DNA of 64,000 nucleotides from contig CAVVTZ010000007.1 of the NCBI GenBank assembly GCA_963751275.1, positions 832,001-896,000 of the forward strand, written 5' to 3'. The position numbers and the translations under genes are program-made. The notes under the pieces were generated by a model. The model ran no database searches. It had not been told where the DNA came from and was given only the letters and a program-made list of their open reading frames with translations. The number at the start of each line of letters is the position of its first letter. The stretch's first letter is position 1. Origin of the DNA: an uncultured Gemmatimonadaceae bacterium. Lineage in GTDB: Bacteria; Gemmatimonadota; Gemmatimonadetes; Gemmatimonadales; Gemmatimonadaceae. Below are positions 1 through 8,256 of this stretch, one piece after another.

Positions 1-584
1 ATCTTGATCCCCTGATCGGCATCGCCAGGGGTGAACGGCGTGCGGCGGTAGAGCACGTGCGCCACGGAGTCCCCTTCCATCATCTCGCCGACGATCGTGC
101 GCGTCGGGACGACGATGCGCGGACCGGCCGCTTCATCGGACGACTTGAGGTTCCGGGTGCCCGACAGCCATGCGGCGAAGAATTGCGCGGGGGTGAGCAC
201 CTCCAGCTGGAGCAGATTGTCGACGTGGTAGAAATTCTCGAGGAAGCGCTTGCTGAAATTCCCTTCCTGCGACTCGAAGTACTTCTGCACGCACTTCGGC
301 ATGCCGTAGCTCTCCGGATTCTTCTTCTTCTCGAGCTTCTGGCGCTCATCCTCTTCGGCGTAGAAGAGTTGCTTGGCGCGGAACTGCTCGAGGAATTGCG
401 GCGACGCGAGCGCCGCGACCGCGTCCCAATTCTTGGCGGCCAGGGCGGCGAACGACTCCTCGACCACGGCGCTCGGCGACGACGGCGCCTGTGCGGCGGC
501 CCGGCCGGCGCCCGCCAGCGTGATGACGGCGAAGAGCGCGGCGCGCGAGGAACGCGTGGATCGCTTACCCGTACGGGACGACAT
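1..584 (-). CDS. Hypothetical exported protein, truncated at the window edge
   Basis: ATG at 584 with GGGAG upstream. Reads MSSRTGKRSTRSSRAALFAVITLAGAGRAAAQ (signal-peptide-like) and stays open to position 1. Not in the ORF track because it has no stop in the window. Confidence 0.7.
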   Translation of the reverse strand, partial: MSSRTGKRSTRSSRAALFAVITLAGAGRAAAQAPSSPSAVVEESFAALAAKNWDAVAALASPQFLEQFRAKQLFYAEEDERQKLEKKKNPESYGMPKCVQKYFESQEGNFSKRFLENFYHVDNLLQLEVLTPAQFFAAWLSGTRNLKSSDEAAGPRIVVPTRTIVGEMMEGDSVAHVLYRRTPFTPGDADQGIK

Positions 585-694
585 TGTGGCGGCTCCCAAG
601 GGCTGAACTGGCGTGGGGGGGTATTATACCGCGCCGCGCGGTCGGGTGCGAGAGGCGGCACCGAAATGGGCCTCCGCGACGTCTGCCGGCGCCC

Positions 695-729
695 GCGGAC
701 TGCGGACTGTCGGCTGTTGACTGTTGACT
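695..729. repeat. Heptamer tandem repeat tract
   Basis: gcggact gcggact gtcggct gttgact gttgact, abutting the PP2C stop codon. Confidence 0.75.
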
Positions 730-1612
730 AGTCTTTCTTGATCGCGCGCCCGACGATGATCGTGATGTTGTCGGTGCCCCCGCCGTCCAGGGCATCCTGG
801 AGCAGCAATTCGGCGGTCTCCTTGGCCGACGTCATCGTTTCGAGACGCGTCTTGATCTGCTCGTCGCTCACGTGCTTGGTGAGGCCGTCGCTGCACATCA
901 GGTGGATGTTCCGCCAGTGCGCCGTGAGGCGCGTGACGACGGGGAAGGTGTCGTGGCCGCCGATCGCGCTGGAGAGGACGTTCTTGAGCGGCGAGTCCTT
1001 CGCCTGGTCGCGGCTGAGGGCGCCGGCGTCGACCAGGTCTTCGGCGTAGGTCTGATCGCGGGTGATCTGGGTGAGGACGCCATCGCGGTAGATATAGTAG
1101 CGGGAGTCGCCCACCTGGAGCACGTAGGCGTAGGGCCAGACGCCCATCCAGAGCGTGAGCGTCGTGGCGCGCTTGCGGGCATCGGTGCGCTCGGCGGCAC
1201 GCTGGAGCACGCGGCTGTGCGATTCGGTGGCGGCCTTTTGGAGCGTGTCGCGGAAGGCTTCCTCGCGCGCGTCGGGGCTGCTGTAGTAGGCCTGGAGACT
1301 ATTGGCCAGGAATTCGGTGACGTTGGCGAGGGCGATCCGGCTGGCTTCCTCGCCCCCTTCGGTGCCGCCCACGCCGTCGGCGACCATGCCGATGAAGGCG
1401 AGGCGCTGGTCGCTGAACTGGGATTCGTTCTCGAGGCCGGGGAGGCTGGTGAGGCGGACGTCCATGCGTTTGTGGAGCGACGCGAGGAGGAAGTGATCGT
1501 TGTTGTTCTTGCGGACCTTGCCGCAATGGGTGAGGCCGAAGAAGTCGATCTCGTCTTCGCGCGGCTTGCGCTCGAGCGTCTCGGCCGTGGGCGATTCGGT
1601 GTGCATGGACAT
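728..1612 (-). CDS. PP2C/PPM-family Ser/Thr protein phosphatase
   Basis: Motifs GKVRKNNND, VADGVGG, VGDSR, CSDGLT, GGTDNIT. Confidence 0.93.
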   Translation of the reverse strand: MSMHTESPTAETLERKPREDEIDFFGLTHCGKVRKNNNDHFLLASLHKRMDVRLTSLPGLENESQFSDQRLAFIGMVADGVGGTEGGEEASRIALANVTEFLANSLQAYYSSPDAREEAFRDTLQKAATESHSRVLQRAAERTDARKRATTLTLWMGVWPYAYVLQVGDSRYYIYRDGVLTQITRDQTYAEDLVDAGALSRDQAKDSPLKNVLSSAIGGHDTFPVVTRLTAHWRNIHLMCSDGLTKHVSDEQIKTRLETMTSAKETAELLLQDALDGGGTDNITIIVGRAIKKD

Positions 1613-1677
1613 GGCTTGGCCTCCGGATGCCTAACATGGATGGGGAGACCTCGGCACGGAAGAGTGCGTGAGTCCGT

Positions 1678-1840
1678 AACGACGCGTGTAGGGACAAGTA
1701 CCGCTCGAGGGGCGCGTCTGGGAGGCAGCGTGTGGTACGGCTCGGCGGGAGTAGTACGCCGTTCCACTCCCGCCGAGCCGTACCACACGCTGCCTCCCAG
1801 ACGCGCCCCTCGAGTGGTACTAGGGCCCACTCGCGCCCTT
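1678..1840. repeat. Family-A ~160 bp palindromic element, copy 1
   Basis: Arms 1697-1752 and 1766-1821 are near-perfect reverse complements around a 13-nt loop, with imperfect outer arms. Confidence 0.95.
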
Positions 1841-1874
1841 GACAATGAGCTCATTTAAATATAGATATAAGTCT

Positions 1875-2219
1875 ATGAAAGACAGCGAGACGATCAAGGC
1901 GCTGAAGGCGATCGCGCATCCGACGCGCTTCCAGATGGTGCAGGAGGTGGCGGCGGCGGGGGAATTGACGTGCGGGCAGCTGGGTGACCGGTTCAAGCTC
2001 GCGCAGCCGACGATCTCGCATCATCTCAAGCTGCTCGCCGACTCGGGCGTGCTGCTGATGCGGCGCGAGGCGCAGCACGGGATCATCACGGTGAACCGGG
2101 CGCTGGTGGCCGAGCTGCTCGGCTCGCTGCCCGAGCGGCTGGCGCCGGCGACGCCGGCGGCGCCGCGGGCCGCGGCGCGGCCGCGCAAGACGCCGGCGCG
2201 GGGGATGCGCGGGCGCTGA
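1875..2219 (+). CDS. ArsR/SmtB-family transcriptional regulator
   Basis: ALKAIAHPTRFQM...LAQPTISHHLKLLADSG. AT-rich upstream region with TTGACA at 1839-1844. Confidence 0.9.
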   Translation: MKDSETIKALKAIAHPTRFQMVQEVAAAGELTCGQLGDRFKLAQPTISHHLKLLADSGVLLMRREAQHGIITVNRALVAELLGSLPERLAPATPAAPRAAARPRKTPARGMRGR

Positions 2220-2306
2220 TCATCACGCGGGGTTCAACAAGGCCGGGGTGTTCCCGGTTGTTCGATACATTCCTATATCCAGATACTTCAACGAGAGGAT
2301 GTTCCC

Positions 2307-2852
2307 ATGGCACCGTCCCAATGGCAGTTCGACACGTCGCACGCCACCATCGGCTTCAGCGTGCGCCACATGATGGTCTCCAAGGTCCACGGCCAGTTCA
2401 CCAAGTGGTCGGGGCAGTTCAACTTCAATGACCAGGACCCCACGGCGTCCACCGCCGTCGTCGAGATCGACGTCAACAGCATCAACACCAACGAGCCCCA
2501 GCGCGACGCGCACCTCAAGTCGCCCGACTTCTTCGATGTCGCGAATCATCCCGTCATGACCTTCCGCAGCACGAAGATCGAGCGGCACGGCGCGGACTAC
2601 CGCGTTTCCGGCGACCTGACGATCCGCGGCACGACCCGCCCGGTGGTGCTCGTCGCCGAGTTCATGGGCGCGATCGTGGACATGCAGGGCAACGACCGTG
2701 CCGGCTTCTCGGCGAAGGGCTCGATCGACCGCAAGGAGTTCGGCCTGACGTGGAACATGCTCCTCGAGGCGGGCGGACTGGCGGTCGCGGACAAGGTGGA
2801 GATTTCCTTGGAGTTCGAAGCGGTGCGCGCAAAAGCGGCTGTTGCGGCCTAA
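2307..2852 (+). CDS. yceI: YceI-family (polyisoprenoid-binding) protein
   Basis: FSVRHMMVSKVHGQF, RDAHLKSPDFFDV, GDLTIRG, IDRKEFGLTWN. Confidence 0.93.
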   Translation: MAPSQWQFDTSHATIGFSVRHMMVSKVHGQFTKWSGQFNFNDQDPTASTAVVEIDVNSINTNEPQRDAHLKSPDFFDVANHPVMTFRSTKIERHGADYRVSGDLTIRGTTRPVVLVAEFMGAIVDMQGNDRAGFSAKGSIDRKEFGLTWNMLLEAGGLAVADKVEISLEFEAVRAKAAVAA

Positions 2853-2853
2853 A

Positions 2854-3003
2854 TGCGCGTGTAGCTACTAGTACCGCTGAAACAGCGCGTCTGGGAGGCA
2901 GCGTGTGGTACGGCTCGGCGGGAGTGGAACTACTCACGCATCGCCGTACCACACGCTGCCTCCCAGACGCGCTGTTTCAGCGGTACCAGGCCCTACACGC
3001 GCA
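2854..3003. repeat. Family-A palindromic element, copy 2
   Basis: Fills the whole gap between two convergent stop codons. Arms tgcgcgtgtag...ctacacgcgca. Confidence 0.95.
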
Positions 3004-3004
3004 G

Positions 3005-3460
3005 TCAGTCGGTAGGAGGCGTCCCATCGAGGAACATGGAGACCCCTCCGTGCTTGGCACATGCACCATTGTGCTGGTGCGCGTGCGAGTAGGTGCCGTC
3101 CTTGCACTTCGCGGTGGCGCCGGCGGCCGTCGCGTTCGTGACGTCACCCGCGGCTTCCTTCTCGGCCGCCTTCGCGCCCTTGCCGGCATCCTCGGCGGCC
3201 TTCGAAACGGTCTTGCTGGTGTTCTTCGCGGCGATCTCCGTTGCCGTGCCCACCTTTTCGGCGCCGGTCTTGGCGTTCTTCATCTTCGTGGCATTCTTAT
3301 CCACGCCGCCATGCTCGGAGCAGCGGTACTCTCCGGTGGCGGTGGTGGTCGTGCCGTCCTTGCAGACCGTCACCTTCGCGTCCTGCGCGACGAGCGCGGC
3401 CGGCGCGGTGGCGGCCATGAACGCGGCCATCGCGGCCGCGAGAAGCGTGCGATGCGACAT
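3005..3460 (-). CDS. Secreted DUF3761-like protein with two C-K-D-G...C-x-x-H-G-G-V modules
   Basis: AAGGAGGT RBS before ATG 3460. Signal peptide, then CKDG...CSEHGGV and CKDGTYSHA...GACAKHGGV. Confidence 0.8.
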   Translation of the reverse strand: MSHRTLLAAAMAAFMAATAPAALVAQDAKVTVCKDGTTTTATGEYRCSEHGGVDKNATKMKNAKTGAEKVGTATEIAAKNTSKTVSKAAEDAGKGAKAAEKEAAGDVTNATAAGATAKCKDGTYSHAHQHNGACAKHGGVSMFLDGTPPTD

Positions 3461-3522
3461 GTGAACCTCCTTGTCCGTGGAAAGACAATCGAACAAGCCG
3501 TACGAACAGGGTATACACCGGA

Positions 3523-4440
3523 ATGGAGCCCATCGGTCCCGGTGATCGGCCGCGTCGCGGCGTGATCACGTGCGTGCGCGGCCATCGCCCAATCGCGATC
3601 GCCGCGGCCGCGCTGGCGCTCGCATCGCGCGGGATGGCGCAGGTTCCGGCGCGCGACAGCACCGCGGCGCGCCGCTGGGAGATCGCCGTCGAGGCGCGCG
3701 GCGGCGTGCCGTCGGGGACGGTGCAGGTGCGGGAGAACGCGGTGGCCGGCACTCGCTTCACGCTCGGCAGCGGGCTGGATGTGCGCGCGCTGTGGGCCGC
3801 CGGCATGGAGCTCGACTACCGCCCCGATCCGCGCACGCGTCTCTCACTCGAGCTCACGAGCTTCGGCCTCTCGGGCACCGTGACTCCCGCGCAGGAGACC
3901 TATTTCAACGGCACCACGCTCGCGGCGGGCAGCCCGCTCACCACCGCGACGACATTCCCGCACTATCTCGCGGCGACGTTCACCTTCGCGCGGCGCGTTT
4001 CGCGGATCGGCGGCGGCGAGCTCAGCGCGACGGCGGGATTCTCCTTCGTCGCGCTCACGTTCGTGCTGCACGGCACGCTTGCGCCCGGCAGCGCGACGCG
4101 CGAGACGCAGGAGGATTTCGTGACGCAGGAGCTGCCGGTGCCTGAGCTCGGCGTGGCGTATGACGCGCCGCTCGCCCACCGCATGGCGCTGGATATGCGG
4201 CTCACCGGCGGATGGCTGCCGTGGGTGAACAGTCTGCGCAACGAAGGGGGCGTGGTGACGATCACGCAGACCGCCGTGCAGCTCGCCACCACTGTGCGCT
4301 ATGCCCTGACTCCCGCGCTCGGCGCCACGGGCGCGGTGCGACTTTCGTCCTTCTCGCAGAACGAGCAGAGCGGGGAGGACGGCAATCAATTCTCGATGCG
4401 GGCGATCACGGTGGGGATCGGGTTGGCGCAGCGATTCTGA
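3523..4440 (+). CDS. Hypothetical protein, possibly an outer-membrane beta-barrel (start uncertain, perhaps near 3574)
   Basis: Signal-peptide-like N-terminus, alternating beta-strand pattern, C-terminal Phe. Confidence 0.6.
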   Translation: MEPIGPGDRPRRGVITCVRGHRPIAIAAAALALASRGMAQVPARDSTAARRWEIAVEARGGVPSGTVQVRENAVAGTRFTLGSGLDVRALWAAGMELDYRPDPRTRLSLELTSFGLSGTVTPAQETYFNGTTLAAGSPLTTATTFPHYLAATFTFARRVSRIGGGELSATAGFSFVALTFVLHGTLAPGSATRETQEDFVTQELPVPELGVAYDAPLAHRMALDMRLTGGWLPWVNSLRNEGGVVTITQTAVQLATTVRYALTPALGATGAVRLSSFSQNEQSGEDGNQFSMRAITVGIGLAQRF

Positions 4441-4455
4441 CGCGACGGCCCTACC

Positions 4456-4610
4456 AACCGCGTGCATGGGAACTAGTACCGCTTGAACAGCGCGTCTGGG
4501 AGGCAGCGTGTAGCACTGCTCAGCGGGAGTAGTACCAATCACGCCGAGCCGTACCACACGCAGCCTCCTAGACGCGCTACTCAAGCGGTACTAGTTCCTA
4601 CAGGCGCCGT
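4456..4610. repeat. Family-A palindromic element, copy 3
   Basis: ggaactagtaccgcttga...tcaagcggtactagttcc with the shared core. Confidence 0.93.
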
Positions 4611-4685
4611 CGGGAGGAGTTACCGCACGCCGGCGTTCTTGGTCCGCTATACGGAGCCCGAAGAGACCCTTCAGCCCCTGCTCGG

Positions 4686-6062
4686 ATGCCCGCTCCCGCT
4701 CGGTCCACGGCGCGCCGCCTCGCGACGATCGCGGGGCTCGCCGTCATTTACTTTGTCGCGGCCAAGCTTGGCCTGCGCCTGGCGTTCGTGAACGCGAGCG
4801 CGACCGCGGTGTGGCCGCCCACCGGCATCGCGATCGCCGCGGTGCTCCTGCTCGGAACCGACGCGTGGCCTGCGATCTTCATCGGGGCGTTCGCGGTGAA
4901 CATGGCCACGGCGGGGTCCATCTTCACGTCGCTCGGGATCGGCGCCGGCAACACGCTCGAGGCGATCGCAGGCGCGTGGCTCGTGAACCGGTACGGCGGC
5001 GGGCGCTCGAGCTTCGAGCATCCGGAAGGCGTGTTCCGCTTCGCCCTGTTCGCCGGATTGGTCGCCACCGTGATCAGCCCCACGATCGGCGTCACCGGCC
5101 TCGCGCTGGCGGGCTTCGCGAGGTGGCCGGACTTCGGCCGCATCTGGATCACCTGGTGGCTCGGCGACGCGGTGGGCGCGCTGCTCGTCGCGCCGGTGAT
5201 CCTGTTGTGGAACAAGTGGCCGAGATCGTGGTGGAGCCCGGCCCGGGTGCGCGAGGCGGCGGCGATGTACATCACCCTCGTGGGGATCGGGGCGCTGGTG
5301 TTCGGCGGATTCTTTCCGACCGACGTGAAGGATTATCCACTCGAATTCCTGTGCCTGCCACCGCTCCTGTGGGCGGCGTTCCGCTTCGGCTCACGCGAAG
5401 CGGCGACCGGGATGCTCTTGCTGTCGGGGATCGCGGTGGTGGGCACGCTGCTCGGCTACGGACCGTTCGTGCGCGAGACGCAGCACGAATCGCTGCTCTT
5501 GCTGCAGACGTATGCCGGCGTCGTGTCGGTGACGACGCTCACGCTGGCGGCGGTGGTGGCGGAGCGCAGCCGGCTGGAGGGGCAACTGCGCGTGCTGTCG
5601 GTGACCGATCCGCTTACGGGCCTGGCGAACTATCGATTGCTGATCGAGCGGCTCGTGGCGGAGATCGCGCGCGTGGAGCGCACGGGGCGGCCGTTCGCGC
5701 TGCTCATGGCGGATGTGGACGATCTCAAGAAGATCAACGACCGCCACGGCCACCTGACGGGGAGCCGCGCGCTGGTGCGGGTGGCGGAGGCGCTGCGGAG
5801 GTCCAGCCGGAGTACGGATACGCTCGCGCGATACGGCGGCGACGAGTTCGCGCTCATCCTGCCGGAGACGGACGAGCGCGCGGCCCAAGCGGTGGCGGCG
5901 CGCATCGGCAGCCTGCTCGCGGACGACACGGAGGAACCGCGCGTGACGCTGAGTGTGGGAGTGGCAATGTACGCGGAGAGCGGCGTGACGGCGGAGGCGA
6001 TGCTCGCCAACGCGGATTCGCGGATGTATGAGATCAAGTCCGCTCGAAAGGCGACGGCATGA
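4686..6062 (+). CDS. MASE1-domain diguanylate cyclase
   Basis: Multi-TM N-terminus with VWPPTG and WWLGDAVG. TDPLTGLAN, KKINDRHGH, RYGGDEF. Confidence 0.93.
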   Translation: MPAPARSTARRLATIAGLAVIYFVAAKLGLRLAFVNASATAVWPPTGIAIAAVLLLGTDAWPAIFIGAFAVNMATAGSIFTSLGIGAGNTLEAIAGAWLVNRYGGGRSSFEHPEGVFRFALFAGLVATVISPTIGVTGLALAGFARWPDFGRIWITWWLGDAVGALLVAPVILLWNKWPRSWWSPARVREAAAMYITLVGIGALVFGGFFPTDVKDYPLEFLCLPPLLWAAFRFGSREAATGMLLLSGIAVVGTLLGYGPFVRETQHESLLLLQTYAGVVSVTTLTLAAVVAERSRLEGQLRVLSVTDPLTGLANYRLLIERLVAEIARVERTGRPFALLMADVDDLKKINDRHGHLTGSRALVRVAEALRRSSRSTDTLARYGGDEFALILPETDERAAQAVAARIGSLLADDTEEPRVTLSVGVAMYAESGVTAEAMLANADSRMYEIKSARKATA

Positions 6063-6219
6063 ACGGCGCGAGAAGGGCCTAGTAACGCTCGAGGGGCGCG
6101 TCTAGGTGGCAGCGTGTGGTACGGCTCGGCGGGAGTAGTACCAATCACGCCGAGCCGTACCACACGCTGCCTCCCAGGCGCGCTTCTCAAGCGGTACTAG
6201 TTGCTACACGCGCCGTTCA
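6060..6219. repeat. Family-A palindromic element, copy 4
   Basis: tgaacggcgcg...cgcgccgttca. The terminal TGA and TCA are the stop codons of both convergent flanking genes. Confidence 0.95.
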
Positions 6220-6705
6220 GGTCGTCGGTGGTTTCTTCATCCAGAACTCGACTCCCCCGTGCTGCGCGCAGGCGCCTTGGCTCTGCGTCGCGTGCGAGTA
6301 TGAAGCGTCCTTGCACTTGGCGGTCGCGTCAGCGGAGACATTGTTCGTCTTGTCGCCGGCCACTTCGGCCACCGTGCCCTTGGCGGTCTTGCCGACATCC
6401 TCGGCGCCCGTCGAGACGGCGTCACCCGTCTGGCCCGCCGCCTTCTTGACCGTCTTGCCGGTGTTCTCCGCCGCGATGTCCGTCGCGGCCGCCGCCTTGT
6501 CCACGCCGGTCTTCGCGTTCTTCATCTGGGTCGCGTTCTTGTCCACGCCGTGGTGCTCGGAGCAGCGATACTTGCCGGTGGCCGTGGTGGTCGTGCTGTC
6601 CTTGCAAACGGTGGTGACCGTGGGGGGCTTGTCCTGCGCGGCCAGCGTGAACGGCGCGACGAGGAAGGCGGCCACGGCCGCCGCGAGGAGCGATCTATTA
6701 TGCAT
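6217..6705 (-). CDS. Secreted DUF3761-like protein, paralog of 3005-3460
   Basis: Shares TTTTATG.YRCSEH.GVDKNAT.MKNAKTG and ATAKCKD..YSHA...GACA.HGGV with the first paralog. Confidence 0.8.
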   Translation of the reverse strand: MHNRSLLAAAVAAFLVAPFTLAAQDKPPTVTTVCKDSTTTTATGKYRCSEHHGVDKNATQMKNAKTGVDKAAAATDIAAENTGKTVKKAAGQTGDAVSTGAEDVGKTAKGTVAEVAGDKTNNVSADATAKCKDASYSHATQSQGACAQHGGVEFWMKKPPTT

Positions 6706-6730
6706 GAGGAGCCTCAGGATCGATTGTGGA

Positions 6731-6750
6731 TATTGTACATCTGTACAATA
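6731..6750. promoter_or_regulatory. Putative operator (perfect 9-bp inverted repeat)
   Basis: TATTGTACA-tc-TGTACAATA, 25 bp upstream of ATG 6705. Confidence 0.5.
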
Positions 6751-6784
6751 AGAAGCTATGTCGTGACGCGCAGCGCCGCTTGAT

Positions 6785-6950
6785 TGAACGGCGTACCTAG
6801 GGCCTAGTACCGCTCGAGGGGCGCGTCTGGGAGGCAGCGTGTGGTACGGCTCGGCGGGAGTCGAAAGGCGAACCACTCCCGCCGAGCCGTACCACACGCA
6901 GCCTCCTAGACGCGCCTTTCAAGTCGTACTAGTGTCTACACGCGCCCTCA
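6785..6950. repeat. Family-A palindromic element, copy 5
   Basis: Shared core ctagtaccgctcgaggggcgcgtctgggaggcagcgtgtggtacggctcggcgggagt and its inverted copy. Confidence 0.95.
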
Positions 6951-6962
6951 CGGAGGACCCTC

Positions 6963-7511
6963 ATGATCCGAGTGATGATCACTGCCGCGCTCGCCCTTGC
7001 GTTCGCGACGATGCCCAGGCAGGGGATGCGGTATCCGCTGAGCCAGCGTGGCAGCGTGGGGCAGACCGTCGCGTTCACCACCATCGAGATCACGTATGGT
7101 CGTCCCTTTGCGCGGGGGCGCACGTTGTTCGGCGCTGGGGCGGTGGTGAAGTTCGATCGCATCTGGCACCCGGGCGCCGATTCGGCGACGCGCATCACCT
7201 TCGATCATGACGTCGAGATCGAAGGGAAGTCCGTGAAGGCGGGAGAGTACTCGATCTGGATCATGCCGCAGGACAGCGCGACGTGGCAGTTCATCCTCAA
7301 CCGGAAGGCGCACGTCTTCCACACGCAGTATCCGGGGGAGTCGAACGACGCGCTGCGCGTGCCGATCCACACCGAGCGCGGCGCGTACCTCGAGACGCTG
7401 ACGTACTATTTCCCCGTGGTGGTGCGCGACAGCGCGACGCTCCGGTTGCAATGGGGAGAGATGATCCTGCCGGTGCGGATCGTGGCGCCGTATGCGCCGC
7501 CGGGGAGCTAG
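6963..7511 (+). CDS. DUF2911-like exported protein
   Basis: SQRGSVGQTV, ITYGRP.ARGRTLFG, W.PGAD.AT, GEYSIW. GGAGG RBS. Confidence 0.8.
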   Translation: MIRVMITAALALAFATMPRQGMRYPLSQRGSVGQTVAFTTIEITYGRPFARGRTLFGAGAVVKFDRIWHPGADSATRITFDHDVEIEGKSVKAGEYSIWIMPQDSATWQFILNRKAHVFHTQYPGESNDALRVPIHTERGAYLETLTYYFPVVVRDSATLRLQWGEMILPVRIVAPYAPPGS

Positions 7512-8128
7512 GCCGGGATCCGGAAGGCGCAGCTGGGCCGCGCGCCGTGCGCGCATCGCTGCTGCACCCGGCGGCCGGTCTGCGTCTCGAGCATCGATTC
7601 GACGATCGTGCAGGTGGCGGGCACCTTGGCCACCGCGGCCGCGAGCGGACAGCCTTCGCCCCGGATGTCCACGTGCGACTTGGCACGCGTGACGCGCACC
7701 GCGCCGCCCAGCGCGGTGAGGACGCTGCGCGCCGTGGCCGTGCACGAGGCGAGTGACGCGGGCCGGCGGGCCGGCGTGGCGAGATGCCGGCCGGCGTCAC
7801 GGAAGGCCGCGCGCAGGGCGGGTCCGCTCAGGCGGGCCGCGAGCACGGCGACGAGCGCCTCCAGCGCCGGCGCGTAGGCTCGGGAGAGCGCGACGTCGGC
7901 CTGCAGGGTGACCTCGTATTCCACCGCGGGCTTCCCCGCGACGCCCGTGCGCACGGTGCCACCGGCGCGCACGAGCCCGGCGCGCTCGAGCGCGGCGAGG
8001 TGGCCGCGCACGGCGTTGTCGGTGACGCCGAGCGCGGCGGCGAGGTCGTTCACCGTGCACGCGCCGGCGCGGAGGGCGGCGAGAACGCGGCGCCGGTGCG
8101 GCGTGAGCGCGAGGGCAGCGGGGGGCAT
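7508..8128 (-). CDS. Winged-helix transcriptional regulator (COG2345/SufR-like, C-terminal Cys cluster)
   Basis: TVNDLAAALGVTDNAVRGHLAALERAGLV, G.GKPA..Y, and CPL...C...C...C at the C-terminus. Confidence 0.8.
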   Translation of the reverse strand: MPPAALALTPHRRRVLAALRAGACTVNDLAAALGVTDNAVRGHLAALERAGLVRAGGTVRTGVAGKPAVEYEVTLQADVALSRAYAPALEALVAVLAARLSGPALRAAFRDAGRHLATPARRPASLASCTATARSVLTALGGAVRVTRAKSHVDIRGEGCPLAAAVAKVPATCTIVESMLETQTGRRVQQRCAHGARPSCAFRIPA

Positions 8129-8256
8129 GGGAGGAATATAGGGCGCGTTGATAAGTAAACAAGAAATATGACATATCACGAGGCCGCGGCTCATCTCGAC
8201 GGGTCCAGCGCCGCCCCTCGTTGATCCAGCAGGAAATCCCCACACCGCCATTGCGC

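Noticed and set aside
872..6897. ORFs sharing the peptides GARLGGSVWYGSAGV and TPAEPYHTLPPRRA as a repeated protein domain
   Set aside because: These are translations of the family-A palindrome in shadow frames or upstream extensions. Better-supported starts lie outside the element.
1678..6950. Family-A array as a CRISPR array or a classical integron
   Set aside because: Units are ~160 bp and separated by whole genes, and no cas genes are present. Some ends read AAC...GTT, but the RYYYAAC/GTTRRRY boxes are not met, genes face both ways, and no integrase is visible.
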